From Candidatus Latescibacterota bacterium (GTDB lineage Bacteria; Latescibacterota; UBA2968; GCA-2709665), in the NCBI GenBank assembly GCA_965219455.1, contig OZ244744.1, forward strand, positions 2,304,001 to 2,368,000: a stretch of DNA of 64,000 nt, given 5' to 3'. The notes under the pieces are model-generated. The model was not told the DNA's origin. It made no database searches and saw only the letters and a program-made list of their open reading frames with translations. The position numbers and the translations under genes were made by a program. Shown here one piece after another: positions 38,872-51,229 of the stretch (position 1 is the stretch's first letter; each line of letters opens with the position of its first letter).

Positions 38872-39354
38872 ATGGACTTCCATCCGTTTATCGTCCACTT
38901 CCCCGTCGCCCTGCTCACCGTCGGCTTCGTCTGCGACGCCGCCGGCATTCTGTTCCGCAGGGATCAGCTCCTCCGCACCGGCTATCTCCTTCTGGTTCTG
39001 GGCGCCGTCTCCGCAATTGCGGCCTCAATGACCGGGAACGCGGCCGAGGATACGGCCGCCGAAATCCCCGGCATTGCCGCTGCGCTTGAACAGCACGAAT
39101 CCATCTCCACCGCCGCCACGTGGCTGGCCATCGCGCTTGCCCTCGTCCGCACCCACCTCGCCGTCAAGAGAAAGTTCGCCGGAACGGTGCGTTTCGTCTA
39201 TCTGGCCGGTGTGGCGGCAACGGCAGTTCTCGTTGCGCTCAGCGGATATACGGGGGGTCGAATGACATACGAATACGGGCCGGGCATCCGGCCTGTGCTG
39301 GAATCCCTCGGCCCCGCCCTGCCGCTTCCAGGCGAAGACACGACGACGCCTTAA
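38872..39354 (+). CDS. DUF2231-like membrane protein
   Basis: HPFIVHFP, TG, H, GY.GG.MTY.YG.G. Confidence 0.8.
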   Translation: MDFHPFIVHFPVALLTVGFVCDAAGILFRRDQLLRTGYLLLVLGAVSAIAASMTGNAAEDTAAEIPGIAAALEQHESISTAATWLAIALALVRTHLAVKRKFAGTVRFVYLAGVAATAVLVALSGYTGGRMTYEYGPGIRPVLESLGPALPLPGEDTTTP

Positions 39355-39491
39355 TGTCGTTCTTGATCGGGGAACCGTTGTACCGTACCTTTCCAGGGAA
39401 AGGCATACGTACGTCTATGCCGTTTCCGGCGCCGTTTCTTCCCGCGAACCGCGATACCTTTACATGATGTCGTTCGGAAAGGTCAGGCAGA

Positions 39492-41846
39492 ATGCATCCG
39501 GAAGCACATCCTCCGTTCCGCACCGCCGCCGTTCTGGGCGCGGGTGTGATGGGATCGCAAATTGCCGCCCACCTGGCCAACGCCGGGCTGTCCGTACATC
39601 TGCTGGATCTTCCCGGCGACCAAAAAAACAGAAACGCCATCGTCGAGGGGGCACTCAAGGGACTCGAACGTGTCAGCCCCGCTCCTCTTTTTACGGAAGG
39701 GACTGCCCGTCGCATCACTCCCGGCAACATCGAGGACGACTTCCACCGCGCGTCTGAAGCGGACTGGATCATCGAAGCCGTCGTTGAGAAGCCGGACGTC
39801 AAGCAACAGATTATGGCGCGCGTGGAAGCCGCCGCGAAACGCCATACCGTTATTTCCACCAACACCAGCGGCATTCCGATCCACCTGATTGCACAGGACC
39901 GGTCGCCGGACTTCAAGAGACGCTTCCTCGGCACGCACTTCTTCAACCCGCCGCGCTACCTCAAGCTACTTGAACTCATTCCCCTTCCCGAAACCGATCC
40001 GGCCGTTGTCGACCGCGTTTCCCGGTTTGGCCGCGTGCGGCTGGGCAAAGGCATAGTGGTTGCAAACGACGTGCCGGGCTTCATTGGCAACCGCATCGGC
40101 GTGTACGCCATGATGCAGTGTATCCGCGCCGTCGCGGAGGGCGGCTACACGATCGAGGAAATAGACACCCTGACAGGGCCCCTGCTGGGACGTCCGGGAT
40201 CCGCTACGTTCAGAACGGCCGACGTTGTCGGACTGGACACCCTCGCGCACGTTGCCGGTTACCTGTACGGCGCCCTGCCGGACGACGAAAGCCGGGAACA
40301 GTTTCGGGTTCCCGAACTGGTAAGACAGCTGGTCGAAGATGGGGCCACCGGCGCCAAGGCGGGCAGGGGTTTTTACAGGAAAGAGGGCCGGAACATCCTC
40401 TCGTTCAGCCCGGAAACCCGCGCCTACGGACCACCCGAGGAACAGAAACTGGGCGACCTCGAACCCATACGGAAACAGAGGAAACTTTCCCTGCGCCTCC
40501 GCGACCTTTATGCGCACGAAGGGCGGGCAGGCGCCTTCTTTCGGAAGCACCTCCTGGAAACGCTGGCATATAGCGCCAGCCGTATCCCCGAAATCACCAC
40601 GAATCCGGCCGACATAGATCGCGCCCTTCGCTGGGGATTCGGCTGGGAGGCGGGCCCCTTTGAAATGTGGGATATCATCGGGTTCGATACTATCCTCGAG
40701 GACATGTCAGCCGGGAACATCCCCCTGCCGGGCTGGGTCGAAACCATGTCCGGAACGGGCGCCGACAGATTCCGCGACCGCTCACGGGTCTATATGCCCG
40801 ACCGCGGATACGTGCGGGAGTCCGGGGCGACCGACGAATTCCGCTCGCCCGCCATCCGCTCGGAAAAACAGCACGTCCGCTGGCAAAGCGAGGAAGCCGT
40901 TCTGCTTGACCTCGGAGATGATATCGCCCGCTTCGAATACCGCACCAAGGCAAACTCCATGGGCGAAAAACTCGTACGCGGTCTCGTCGACGCGGTCGAC
41001 ATCGTCGAAGCGGGGAATTACCGCGGAATGGTCATCTGCAACAAGGGAAAGAACTTCTCCGTAGGCGCCAACCTGCAGGAAATGGTCACGCATGCGGAGC
41101 AGAAACGCTTCGACCTGATGGACCGGCTCCTGGTCAATTTCCAGCAGATGATCCAGCGTGTCCACTATTCCGCCAAACCGGTCGTGGTCGCCACCCACGG
41201 CCGCGTCCTCGGCGGCGGGTGTGAGCTCACTCTGGCCTGCGCCAGCCCCGTGGCCGCGGCCGAATCCTACATCGGTCTTGTCGAACTGGCCGTGGGACTC
41301 ATCCCTGGCGGCTGCGGCACCATGCGCATGGCGGCGCTTTCACACGAGCGCGCATCGTCCGAGTACGACAGCCACATACAGCCCTTTCTGGCAAGGGCTT
41401 TTGAAACCGTTGCCATGGCAAAGGTATCCAACAGCGCCTATCAGGCGCGGGAATACGGTTTTCTACCGCCCGGCGCGCCCATTGTCATGAACCAGGATCA
41501 CCGGCTCCACGCCGCCAAACAGGAAGTCCTGCGCCTTTCGAACCAGGGATACGCGCCGCCGCCGGTTCGCAATGCCATCAGGGTTCTTGGCCAACCGGCC
41601 CGTGCGCGGTTCGAGGTGACAACCTACAGTATGCTCCGCTCGAGATTCATCACCGAATACGACCGCTACCTGGCCAACCGGTTCGCCTACGTGCTGACCG
41701 GCGGGGACCTCACCGGTCCCGCGGACGTACATGAAGACTACCTTCTGGAGCTGGAACGCGAAGTCTTCCTCGCCCTTACGGGCGAAGAGAAAACCCGGGA
41801 AAGGATCAACAGCATTCTGCGAACCAACAGACCCCTGCGAAATTGA
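39492..41846 (+). CDS. 3-hydroxyacyl-CoA dehydrogenase / enoyl-CoA hydratase fusion (FadN-like)
   Basis: GAGVMG, NTSG, HFFNPPRY, FSVGANL, GGGCE, terminal PLRN. Confidence 0.92.
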   Translation: MHPEAHPPFRTAAVLGAGVMGSQIAAHLANAGLSVHLLDLPGDQKNRNAIVEGALKGLERVSPAPLFTEGTARRITPGNIEDDFHRASEADWIIEAVVEKPDVKQQIMARVEAAAKRHTVISTNTSGIPIHLIAQDRSPDFKRRFLGTHFFNPPRYLKLLELIPLPETDPAVVDRVSRFGRVRLGKGIVVANDVPGFIGNRIGVYAMMQCIRAVAEGGYTIEEIDTLTGPLLGRPGSATFRTADVVGLDTLAHVAGYLYGALPDDESREQFRVPELVRQLVEDGATGAKAGRGFYRKEGRNILSFSPETRAYGPPEEQKLGDLEPIRKQRKLSLRLRDLYAHEGRAGAFFRKHLLETLAYSASRIPEITTNPADIDRALRWGFGWEAGPFEMWDIIGFDTILEDMSAGNIPLPGWVETMSGTGADRFRDRSRVYMPDRGYVRESGATDEFRSPAIRSEKQHVRWQSEEAVLLDLGDDIARFEYRTKANSMGEKLVRGLVDAVDIVEAGNYRGMVICNKGKNFSVGANLQEMVTHAEQKRFDLMDRLLVNFQQMIQRVHYSAKPVVVATHGRVLGGGCELTLACASPVAAAESYIGLVELAVGLIPGGCGTMRMAALSHERASSEYDSHIQPFLARAFETVAMAKVSNSAYQAREYGFLPPGAPIVMNQDHRLHAAKQEVLRLSNQGYAPPPVRNAIRVLGQPARARFEVTTYSMLRSRFITEYDRYLANRFAYVLTGGDLTGPADVHEDYLLELEREVFLALTGEEKTRERINSILRTNRPLRN

Positions 41847-41901
41847 TTCCCGCGGAATCCGGACCGCCGGACTGCACACGAGAAAAGAGGGCGAACCTCC
41901 C

Positions 41902-43086
<1,185 letters not shown>

Positions 43087-43091
43087 AATGC

Positions 43092-45211
43092 ATGGATGTT
43101 CTGACTTCCACCTACGGCGTCCTGTCCTTCTCGTCCGTCGAAGCCTTCGGGATCGTGGCTCTCGTATGCGGTCTGGGATTCACCGGCGCGCCGCTGTGGC
43201 TGTGGACCGCCCTCTCAGCCGCGGTTCTTTGGACATTCGGTGCGCCCGGCGGCCTCTGGCTGGGCTTCGGCGTCATCGCGCTGCTCTTCAACCTCCGGCC
43301 GCTCCGCCGCATACTGATCTCCTCCTGGATCCTCAGAGTCCTTAAGGCCCTCCGCCTCCTTCCATCCATCTCTCCGACCGAACAGGCCGCCATCGAAGCC
43401 GGAAGCGTATGGATTGACCGCGACCTCTTCTCCGGCAAACCCGATTTCAGACGTCTGAACAGCGAACCCTATCCCGAACTGAGCGAAAAGGAACGGGCAT
43501 TTCTCAGCGGCCCCGCGGAAGCCGCGTGCCGCCTGTCCGATGACTGGCAGATCCACCGGAACCGGGATCTGCCGCCGGAACTCTGGGATTACCTCAAGCA
43601 GCACCGGTTCTACGGTATCATCGTCCCGGAGGAATTCGGGGGGCTTGGATTCTCCGCGTCCGCGCACAGCGCCATCGTCGGCAAGCTGGCGTCCCGTTCC
43701 ATGCCTCTCGCCGTCACCGTAATGGTGCCCAACTCGCTCGGGCCCGCGGAACTCCTGATCCACTACGGCACCCCGGACCAGAAAGATCACTACCTGCCGC
43801 GGCTGGCGCGAGGCGATGAAATCCCCTGCTTTGCCCTCACCGAACCAAACGCCGGTTCCGACGCCGGCAGCATCCGATCCAGCGGGGTCGTCTTCAGAGA
43901 CGAGGATGGGCGGCTGTATTTGCGATTGAACTGGAACAAACGATACATCACCCTCGCTTCCATTTCCACACTCATTGGCCTGGCCTTTAAACTCAAAGAC
44001 CCGGACAATCTGCTCGGCAAAGGCGAAAATCCGGGCATCACGTGCGCCCTCGTTCCCCGCGACACGCCCGGCGTCGTCGTGGATAGACGGCACGACCCGA
44101 TGGGGGTGCCCTTTCACAACGCTCCCACCGAAGGTAGGGACGTTATCGTCCCGGCTGACGCCATCATCGGCGGACCCGATAGCGCCGGCCGGGGGTGGCG
44201 CATGCTCATGGAATCCCTCGCCGCGGGGCGCGGCATCTCCCTGCCCGCAACAGCAGCCTTCGGCGCCAAGCTGACCGCGCGAGTGGCGGGCGCCCACGCC
44301 ACCGTGCGCAAACAATTCGGCCTGTCCATCGGCCGATTCCAGGGCGTAGAGGAGCCGCTCGCGCGTATCGGCGCCTTTACCTACCTGATGGAAGCAGCGA
44401 GACGTTTCACGTGCGGAGGCCTGGACGGGGGCGCAAGATCCGCCGTTGTCTCGGCCATCGTCAAATTCAATCTCACGGAACTTCATCGGCGGGCCATTCT
44501 GGACGGCATGGACGTCCTCGCCGGCAACGCCATCGCCCAGGGGCCAAGAAACCTGCTCGCCCGGGCGTATCTCTGGGCGCCCTGAAAAAGGAAGAAAAAC
44601 TGGCGGGTCGCTTCGCGGACATCCTTTCCTGGATGTATCTGGGTGCGGCCGTCCTGCGCCGCTTCGAAGCGGAAGGCCGCAGACCCGGCCACCTGCCCTA
44701 TCTGCACTGGGCGATGCAATACGCGCTCGCGCAGATTCAGATCGGTTTCAGCGGCCTGTTCCAAAATCTGCGCGTCTTCCCGGGGCTGGGTCTGATATTC
44801 CGCTATCCCGTTGCGCTGTGGTCGCGCCTCAACCCCATCGGCAGGATGCCTTCCGACGCCCTCGGCGGCGACGTCGCCCGCGCCATCCGGACACCCGGCC
44901 CCGACAGGGACGCGCTGACCTCGGGAATATACCTGCCAGACTCAACCGATGAAGCCCTGGGCCGGCTGGAAGCCGCGTTCGAACTTTCCTGCAAGGCCGA
45001 ACCCATTGCGGTTAAGATAAAAGAAGCCGCCCGCGCGGGCCTGCTCTCGGGCCGAGACCCCAACCGTCTGGTCATACAGGCACTGGAAGAAGAGCTGATC
45101 TCACAGGAAGACGCGCAGCTGTTCCGGCGCGCCGAGGCTGCCCGGGACGAGGCGATCCGGGTGGACGCGTTCACCCCTGAAGAGTACCTCCCTTTAATGA
45201 AGAACGGGTAA
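43092..45211 (+). pseudogene. fadE: Acyl-CoA dehydrogenase FadE-type with internal deletion and frameshift
   Basis: N-part (VMVPNSLGPAELL, CFALTEP.AGSDA) stops at 44585 after PRNLLARAYLWAP. C-terminal domain (LKKEEKLAGRFADILS...VDAF) continues in another frame to 45211. The conserved ITVEGANILTR block is absent. Confidence 0.8.
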
Positions 45212-45265
45212 CGGGCCGCTGCGGCGTACCGATTAACGGGCGCCAGCCCCCGAGGAGCGCAATCC

Positions 45266-46891
45266 ATGCAAGGCCTTATGATGGACTACCCCCTCACGAT
45301 GGACCGGATCCTCGAGCACGCCAATCGTCTGTACCCCCATAAACGCATTACCACGGGTTTGCCCGACGGAACCGTTCACCGATACACCTATGCGGACCTG
45401 CATAGGCGGTCGAAGCGGCTCGCCGGCGCACTGGGTGGCCTGGGCATTGAACCCGGCGACCGGGTGGGCACCTTCGCGTGGAACAACTACCAGCACCTGG
45501 AACTGTATTTCGCCGTCCCGTGCAGCGGCGCCGTCTGCCACACACTCAACATCCGCCTATCTCCGGATCAGCTGGCCTATATCATCAGCCACGCGGAAGA
45601 CAAAGCCATCTTTGTCGACGCGACCCTGCTGCCCCTCTTTGAAGCGGTCGCCGCCAGACTCGACCGCCCCCCGCGCATCGTCCTGTTCAATACCGATCCG
45701 GGTATCCGGACAGCCCTGTCCGACACCTGCTGCTATGAAGACCTGCTAACCAGCGGAAGCGAAGCCTTCGAATGGCCCGTAACCGACGAAAACGCGGCCA
45801 TGGGCCTCTGTTACACCAGCGGCACCACCGGCGAGCCCCGGGGCGCGCTCTACTCGCACCGCTCGATGTTTCTGCATACCCTCGGCGTGAACCAGTCCAA
45901 CGCCGTGGGCATTGTTGAATCGGACATCGTTATGCCGGTCGTACCGCAGTTTCACGCCATGGCCTGGGGTCTGCCCTATGCCTGCGCCATGGCCGGCGCG
46001 GAAATGGTCCTGCCCGGACCCCACCTGAAACCCCACGCCCTGTCCAGGATGATCGCGGACGAAGGCGTGACGGTTCCCGCCGGCGTACCCACCATCTGGA
46101 CCGGGCTATTTGAAGAACTGAAAGTCAATCCGCGCGACATCTCCTGCATCCGGTCCCTGATCGTTGGGGGTTCGGCCATGCCGCGCGGTCTGATAGAAGC
46201 CTATGAAACGGAACTCAACGTCCCGGTCGTACACGCCTGGGGAATGACCGAACTCTCGCCCCTGGGCACCGTCTCCAGGCTGCAACGCCATCACCATGCC
46301 CTTTCTGACGCGGACAGGTGGGACGTCAAAGCCAGACAGGGGTATCCCATTTCCGTTGTTGAAATGCGGATTGTGGACGATTCCGGAAACGAAGCGCCCT
46401 GGGACGGCCGCAGCATGGGTGAGATACAGGTCAGGGGCCCGTGGGTGATCGGGAGTTATTACAAAGAGGATCCCGATCCCGATCACTTCACGACCGACGG
46501 GTGGTTTCGAACCGGCGACGTCGGATCGATGAGTCCGGACGGCTTCCTCACGATCACGGACCGGACCAGAGACCTCATCAAGAGCGGCGGCGAGTGGATC
46601 TCCAGCGTCGAACTGGAAAACAGGCTGATGGGCCACCCCGCCGTCACCGAGGCCGCCGTAATTGCCATACCCGACACGAAATGGGCGGAGCGCCCCTTCG
46701 CAATCGCCGTACGGTCGCCCAACGCGGACCCGGCCACGGCCGAGGAACTCCGGGCGTACCTGGCGACTGTATATCCGAAATACTGGGTGCCCGACAGAAT
46801 TGTCTTCGTGGAGCAGATCCCCAAGACCAGTGTAGGAAAACTGAATAAAAAAGTCATCCGCCGGCAATATGCGGAGAGACTGTTCGGATAG
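45266..46891 (+). CDS. Long-chain fatty-acid--CoA ligase (AlkK/DmdB-like)
   Basis: [32 protein letters not shown]. Confidence 0.92.
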   Translation: MQGLMMDYPLTMDRILEHANRLYPHKRITTGLPDGTVHRYTYADLHRRSKRLAGALGGLGIEPGDRVGTFAWNNYQHLELYFAVPCSGAVCHTLNIRLSPDQLAYIISHAEDKAIFVDATLLPLFEAVAARLDRPPRIVLFNTDPGIRTALSDTCCYEDLLTSGSEAFEWPVTDENAAMGLCYTSGTTGEPRGALYSHRSMFLHTLGVNQSNAVGIVESDIVMPVVPQFHAMAWGLPYACAMAGAEMVLPGPHLKPHALSRMIADEGVTVPAGVPTIWTGLFEELKVNPRDISCIRSLIVGGSAMPRGLIEAYETELNVPVVHAWGMTELSPLGTVSRLQRHHHALSDADRWDVKARQGYPISVVEMRIVDDSGNEAPWDGRSMGEIQVRGPWVIGSYYKEDPDPDHFTTDGWFRTGDVGSMSPDGFLTITDRTRDLIKSGGEWISSVELENRLMGHPAVTEAAVIAIPDTKWAERPFAIAVRSPNADPATAEELRAYLATVYPKYWVPDRIVFVEQIPKTSVGKLNKKVIRRQYAERLFG

Positions 46892-46920
46892 TCAACCAAG
46901 GCCCGAGACAAAGGACAGCG

Positions 46921-47652
46921 ATGCCTCTCCATCTCAAGAACCCGCACAGCATCCTGGCCGTCCTAGAGACCCGACCCCAGGACGTCTTTGAAATCCGTCT
47001 TCCGGATCCCGTCGCCGGTCCGTGGAGAGAGATCAGGGCGTCCGCCGCGGAAATCGGCGTTAGAATCACCCGCGAAACCCGGACATCCGGGACACAAAAG
47101 CGGACCGGCCGAGCCGGCAGCGCCGAAGCCGTTGTCAAGGAACGACGCTCCGTCTCCACCCAGGACTTCTTCGCGCACGTCACCGAGACCGGTCTCTGGC
47201 TTGCGCTTGACCGGGTCCAGGATCCGCACAACGTCGGGGCGATCTTCAGAACCGCCGCCTTCTTCGGTGTCCGCGGCATCCTGCTTACACGCGACCGTTC
47301 CGCCCCGCTCACCGATACCGTGCATGACGTCGCCTCCGGCGGCGTCGAACACGTGCCCTTTTCCTTCGCGACCAACCTCAGCCAGGCTCTGGACCTGGCG
47401 CGAACGACAAACCTGTGGATTCTGGGCGCGTCCGAACACGCCGATACCGACCTCGGCCAGATCGCCGCCGACCGACCCTGGCTGCTCGTTCTGGGCAACG
47501 AGGAACGCGGGCTCCGCCGTCTCACCCTGGACAAGTGCGACGCCACCTGCAGAATTCCTTCCATCGGTAACGTCGCCTCCCTCAACGTCTCCGTCGCCGC
47601 GGGCATCATCATCCAGAAACTCGTCGCACCGCCAGAAACGACCACGCCGTAG
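46921..47652 (+). CDS. SpoU/TrmH family RNA 2'-O-methyltransferase (RlmB-like)
   Basis: DPHNVGAIFR, GNEERG, SLNVSVA. Confidence 0.88.
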   Translation: MPLHLKNPHSILAVLETRPQDVFEIRLPDPVAGPWREIRASAAEIGVRITRETRTSGTQKRTGRAGSAEAVVKERRSVSTQDFFAHVTETGLWLALDRVQDPHNVGAIFRTAAFFGVRGILLTRDRSAPLTDTVHDVASGGVEHVPFSFATNLSQALDLARTTNLWILGASEHADTDLGQIAADRPWLLVLGNEERGLRRLTLDKCDATCRIPSIGNVASLNVSVAAGIIIQKLVAPPETTTP

Positions 47653-47764
47653 ACTGTCGATTCATCCCGCCTGCCTGCGCCAAGCAACGCGCGGCAGGCA
47701 GGTCTCTTTGAGTTGTTTGCACTGAACTTGCCGAAGTGCCTTCGCTCGCCGAAACGTGGTCATT

Positions 47765-47847
47765 GAGCTTGTCGAAATGCCCTCGGTTCCGTTTCGGTCG
47801 ATTCCAATACACAACCCTTCGCCGACCCTTCGACAAGCTCAGGGAGC
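47765..47847. repeat. REP-like inverted pair
   Basis: TGAGCTTGTCGAA ... TTCGACAAGCTCA inverted repeat. Confidence 0.55.
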
Positions 47848-47951
47848 GGCTCAGGGCTCAGGCGCCGGTTTCTGATCCTGTCGATGGCGCCGCCCTTGTC
47901 ACTATTTCCGTTTTGCCGTATCTTTTGTGAAAAAATTCAGGGGAAGAGCCG

Positions 47952-48611
47952 ATGCCCGAAACCATCTTCTGGGACGTGGATACCCAGTACGACTTTATCA
48001 TGCCCGATGGCCGACTCTATATCCGGGAGGCTGAGAAAATCCTGCCCAACCTGGAGCGGCTCACGGCCTGCGCCCGGCAACGGAATATCCCCGTCTTCGG
48101 CTCAGTAGACTACCACAACCCCGAAGATCCGGAGATTTCAGATTCGCCCGACTTCCGGAACACCTTTCCGCCGCACTGCCTGAAGGGCACTCCCGGCCAG
48201 CGAAAGGTCCTGGAAACAAGCCCCGTGAATCCGCTTTGGATCGACGGCGACGCCGAAGTACCCACGTCCCTCGGCCAGCGGGTCCGGAACCACGCCGGCG
48301 AGGTCATCTTCCGCAAACAGCGTTTCGACGTTTTCACCAACCGGAACGTGGAACCTGTTCTGGACATCGTCAGACCCGAGCGAATCGTACTGTACGGCGT
48401 TGCCCTGGACGTCTGCAACGCCTACGCCATCGACGGCTTCCTTAAGAGAAACACCGCGCCCATCCAACTGGTCCTGGACGCCACGCAGGCCATCTTCCCC
48501 GAACGCGGAGAATCGCTCGTGGAAGGCTGGAAGGCCCAGGGCGTCACCGTCGTGTCTACCGACGAAGTCACAGGGCAGAGAAACTGGCATTCAGGAGATC
48601 GCGTGGGCTAA
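47952..48611 (+). CDS. Isochorismatase/nicotinamidase family cysteine hydrolase
   Basis: DVDTQYDF, D.H, FPPHC, K, GVALDVC. Confidence 0.88.
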   Translation: MPETIFWDVDTQYDFIMPDGRLYIREAEKILPNLERLTACARQRNIPVFGSVDYHNPEDPEISDSPDFRNTFPPHCLKGTPGQRKVLETSPVNPLWIDGDAEVPTSLGQRVRNHAGEVIFRKQRFDVFTNRNVEPVLDIVRPERIVLYGVALDVCNAYAIDGFLKRNTAPIQLVLDATQAIFPERGESLVEGWKAQGVTVVSTDEVTGQRNWHSGDRVG

Positions 48612-48673
48612 GGGATGGGCGAATTCGAACGGGGACCTGCCAGAGGCCAATCCTGTAGCCGCGGATGTAAACG

Positions 48674-48714
48674 AAAACACCATCGCCCGCAAATTGCGGG
48701 CGATGGTGTTTTTT
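48674..48714. terminator. Bidirectional intrinsic terminator
   Basis: AAAACACCATCGCCCGCA-AAT-TGCGGGCGATGGTGTTTTTT between convergent genes. Confidence 0.85.
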
Positions 48715-48730
48715 GTTTTGCGCGTTGCGC

Positions 48731-49828
48731 CTATTTCCCCGCGGACATATCGAGTTCTTTGAACAGGTCGAGGTACTTGCCGTACCCCGCGCCCTTCAGT
48801 TCTTCCACGGGAATAAACCGCAGCGAAGCGGAATTGATGCAATAGCGCAGCCCGGTGGGGGGAGGCCCGTCGGGAAACAGGTGGCCAAGGTGGGAATCCC
48901 CGTTTCTGCTGCGAACCTCGGTGCGGGTCATAAAGAGGTTGTTATCGACGTGCTTCACCACGTGTTCCCGGACCAACGGCTGCGTGAAACTCGGCCATCC
49001 GGTACCCGACCGGAATTTGTGCGTTGAACTGAAGAGCGGCTCGCCCGAGACGACGTCCACGTAGATTCCCGGTTTCTTGTTATCCCAGTACTCGTTGCGG
49101 AACGGGCGCTCGGTGCCGTCTTCCTGCGTCACGTTCCACTGCAGGGGTGTCAGCTTACCGCGCAACTCCGCTTCGGGTGGCTTGACCCAGGACATGCCGG
49201 AGGATTTGGCGGGTATGTCCCGCCCCCAGTTCCGTTCGATAAATCGGTCGCGGCCTGAGCCTTTCCGGTAGCGGTTGTAATGAGCCGGCTTTTTCCTGTA
49301 GTAATCCTGGTGGTATTCCTCCGCCGGATAGAACGTCTGCGCGGCGCGGATGGGCGTGACGATGGGGGCTTTGAATCGGCCAGATCCGGTAAGCGCTTCT
49401 TTCGAAGCTTCGGCCAGCTGTTTCTGCTGCTCGTCGTGGTAGAAAACGGCGGACGTGTACTGGTGTCCCCGGTCGTAGAAAGAGCCCCCGGCATCGGTTG
49501 GGTCGAACTGCCGCCAGAAAACGTCGAGCAATTGGGCATAGGTGACAACGGCCGGGTCGAATGTGACCAGGACCGACTCGATGTGCCTGGTACTGCCTGA
49601 ACTGACCTGCCCGTAGGTGGGACTCCGGGTCTCTCCGCCGGTATAGCCGGATACCGCGGAGACGACCCCCTCGAGCTTATCGAACGGGGCTTCGATGCAC
49701 CAGAAGCAGCCGCCCGCAAACGTGGCCTGCGCCAGGTTTTTCGTTTCCGTCCGGCCGTCCCGCGCGCCGAAGGCCAGGGCGACAATCAGGGCGGCAGCGG
49801 TCAATAACAGCACGAGCGTCGTTTTCAT
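48731..49828 (-). CDS. msrAB: Secreted bifunctional methionine sulfoxide reductase MsrA/MsrB
   Basis: Signal peptide from ATG 49828; [35 protein letters not shown]. Confidence 0.93.
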   Translation of the reverse strand: MKTTLVLLLTAAALIVALAFGARDGRTETKNLAQATFAGGCFWCIEAPFDKLEGVVSAVSGYTGGETRSPTYGQVSSGSTRHIESVLVTFDPAVVTYAQLLDVFWRQFDPTDAGGSFYDRGHQYTSAVFYHDEQQKQLAEASKEALTGSGRFKAPIVTPIRAAQTFYPAEEYHQDYYRKKPAHYNRYRKGSGRDRFIERNWGRDIPAKSSGMSWVKPPEAELRGKLTPLQWNVTQEDGTERPFRNEYWDNKKPGIYVDVVSGEPLFSSTHKFRSGTGWPSFTQPLVREHVVKHVDNNLFMTRTEVRSRNGDSHLGHLFPDGPPPTGLRYCINSASLRFIPVEELKGAGYGKYLDLFKELDMSAGK

Positions 49829-50038
49829 TTGAGATCCTCCTGAGATTCCCGGCAATCGGGCTGGATGTTGCACGATGGATCAATTCGACTAAAAATAACA
49901 AAATTGGGGTGTGGATGGTATCCCTAAAACCTGAAAATGGCGGATTTTTGGGGAACAAAAAAATACCCTCTCCACCACCGGTCGCCCGAGGGATAGAACG
50001 CAGGAGAAGGCGAAGCGACCCAAAGTCCACCCTTTGCG

Positions 50039-50080
50039 GGTTTTTGTAGGGGCGGTTCGCGAACCGCCCCTACAAAAACC
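50039..50080. repeat. GTAG-type REP palindrome
   Basis: Perfect 42-bp palindrome GGTTTTTGTAGGGGCGGTTCGCGAACCGCCCCTACAAAAACC. Confidence 0.75.
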
Positions 50081-50131
50081 TGAGATCCGTGATATAGATA
50101 TCGCCGTGTTTCGCGCCCACCTCTTTCGGAC

Positions 50132-50160
50132 TTGATAACTATACATTTGTACAGTATATT
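50132..50160 (+). promoter_or_regulatory. Promoter with SOS-box-like spacer
   Basis: TTGATA-17 bp-TATATT; spacer contains CTATACATTTGTACAG; ATG 6 nt after the -10. Confidence 0.55.
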
Positions 50161-50166
50161 CAGTAT

Positions 50167-50964
50167 ATGGCGCACACGCATCTGGAAATTGAAGAGACCG
50201 GGGCGCGTTCGGTCCTGATGCCGCAGGACGGCCCGCCCGTCACCCGATACACCCTGAATCCTTATATCGGTTGCGGCATGGGGTGCGCCTATTGCTACGT
50301 TATGAAATACCACTACGCTATGGAACACCCCCTGCCGTGGGGCGCATGGGTCCAGCCTAAAACGAACGCGCCCTTTCTTCTGGGCAAGGCGCGCGACAAA
50401 ATCTGGGGGCGGCGGATTTTCGTGGGTTCGGCCACCGACCCGTACCAATACGTGGAACGGCAATACCGGCTGACCCGCCGCTGCCTGCGCGTCCTGCTGG
50501 ACAGCAACCCGAAAGACGTCGTGGTGCATACGCGCAGCCACCTGATTCTGGACGACGTGGAATTGCTGCAGGCGTTCAAGACCCCCCTGCGGGTGTGTTT
50601 TTCCGTGCCCACCGACGACGACCGCGTTCGGCAGAAGCTGGAGCCGCACGCCCCTCGCATCGACGTCCGGCTGAAAACCATGCGGCGCCTCAGGTCCGCG
50701 GGCATTCACGTTACCGCGGCGGTGGCGCCTCTGCTCCACTGTAAGCCGGCCCGCTTCGTCCGGTTGCTGAAAGACGCCGTTGACGACGTCTACACCGGCA
50801 CGATGCGCTACACGGACAAAACGGGCCTGCAGCGGACGGACCGGGCGAGGGCCTATTTCCGGAGCGCCCGTTACAGGGACCTGGTCGGCGAAATGGACCG
50901 CTGCCTCGACGCCTCGGGCCTGAAGGCAAACCGGGACGACGATAGAGATTTCGCGTCACGATGA
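50167..50964 (+). CDS. Radical SAM protein, spore photoproduct lyase-like family
   Basis: NPYIGCGMGCAYCY (CX3CX2C), SATDPYQ.VE, EP.AP. Confidence 0.85.
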   Translation: MAHTHLEIEETGARSVLMPQDGPPVTRYTLNPYIGCGMGCAYCYVMKYHYAMEHPLPWGAWVQPKTNAPFLLGKARDKIWGRRIFVGSATDPYQYVERQYRLTRRCLRVLLDSNPKDVVVHTRSHLILDDVELLQAFKTPLRVCFSVPTDDDRVRQKLEPHAPRIDVRLKTMRRLRSAGIHVTAAVAPLLHCKPARFVRLLKDAVDDVYTGTMRYTDKTGLQRTDRARAYFRSARYRDLVGEMDRCLDASGLKANRDDDRDFASR

Positions 50965-51229
50965 ATGCTGCGCGGCAAGCAGGCGGAACGGAAAACAAGC
51001 GGGAAACGAAGGTTAAATCAGATCGCAGGAAATCGCATAACTTATTATTTTTAAAGCGCTGGTATTTAAATGAAAAGAAAATGAAGACGAACTATGGAAG
51101 AATATTCGGCAGGATCGTGTTCCCGAAACTGCATCGTCCGATACAGACGGTTTTAACGCTGTATCAAGTTTACGAAGGCGAAGACATACCCATTCCTGCG
51201 AGTCCCGCCACACGCACCGACGTTTGGCA

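Noticed and set aside
44583-44585. TGA in fadE as selenocysteine or programmed frameshift
   Set aside because: The downstream part is in another frame and a conserved block is missing altogether, which fits a deletion.
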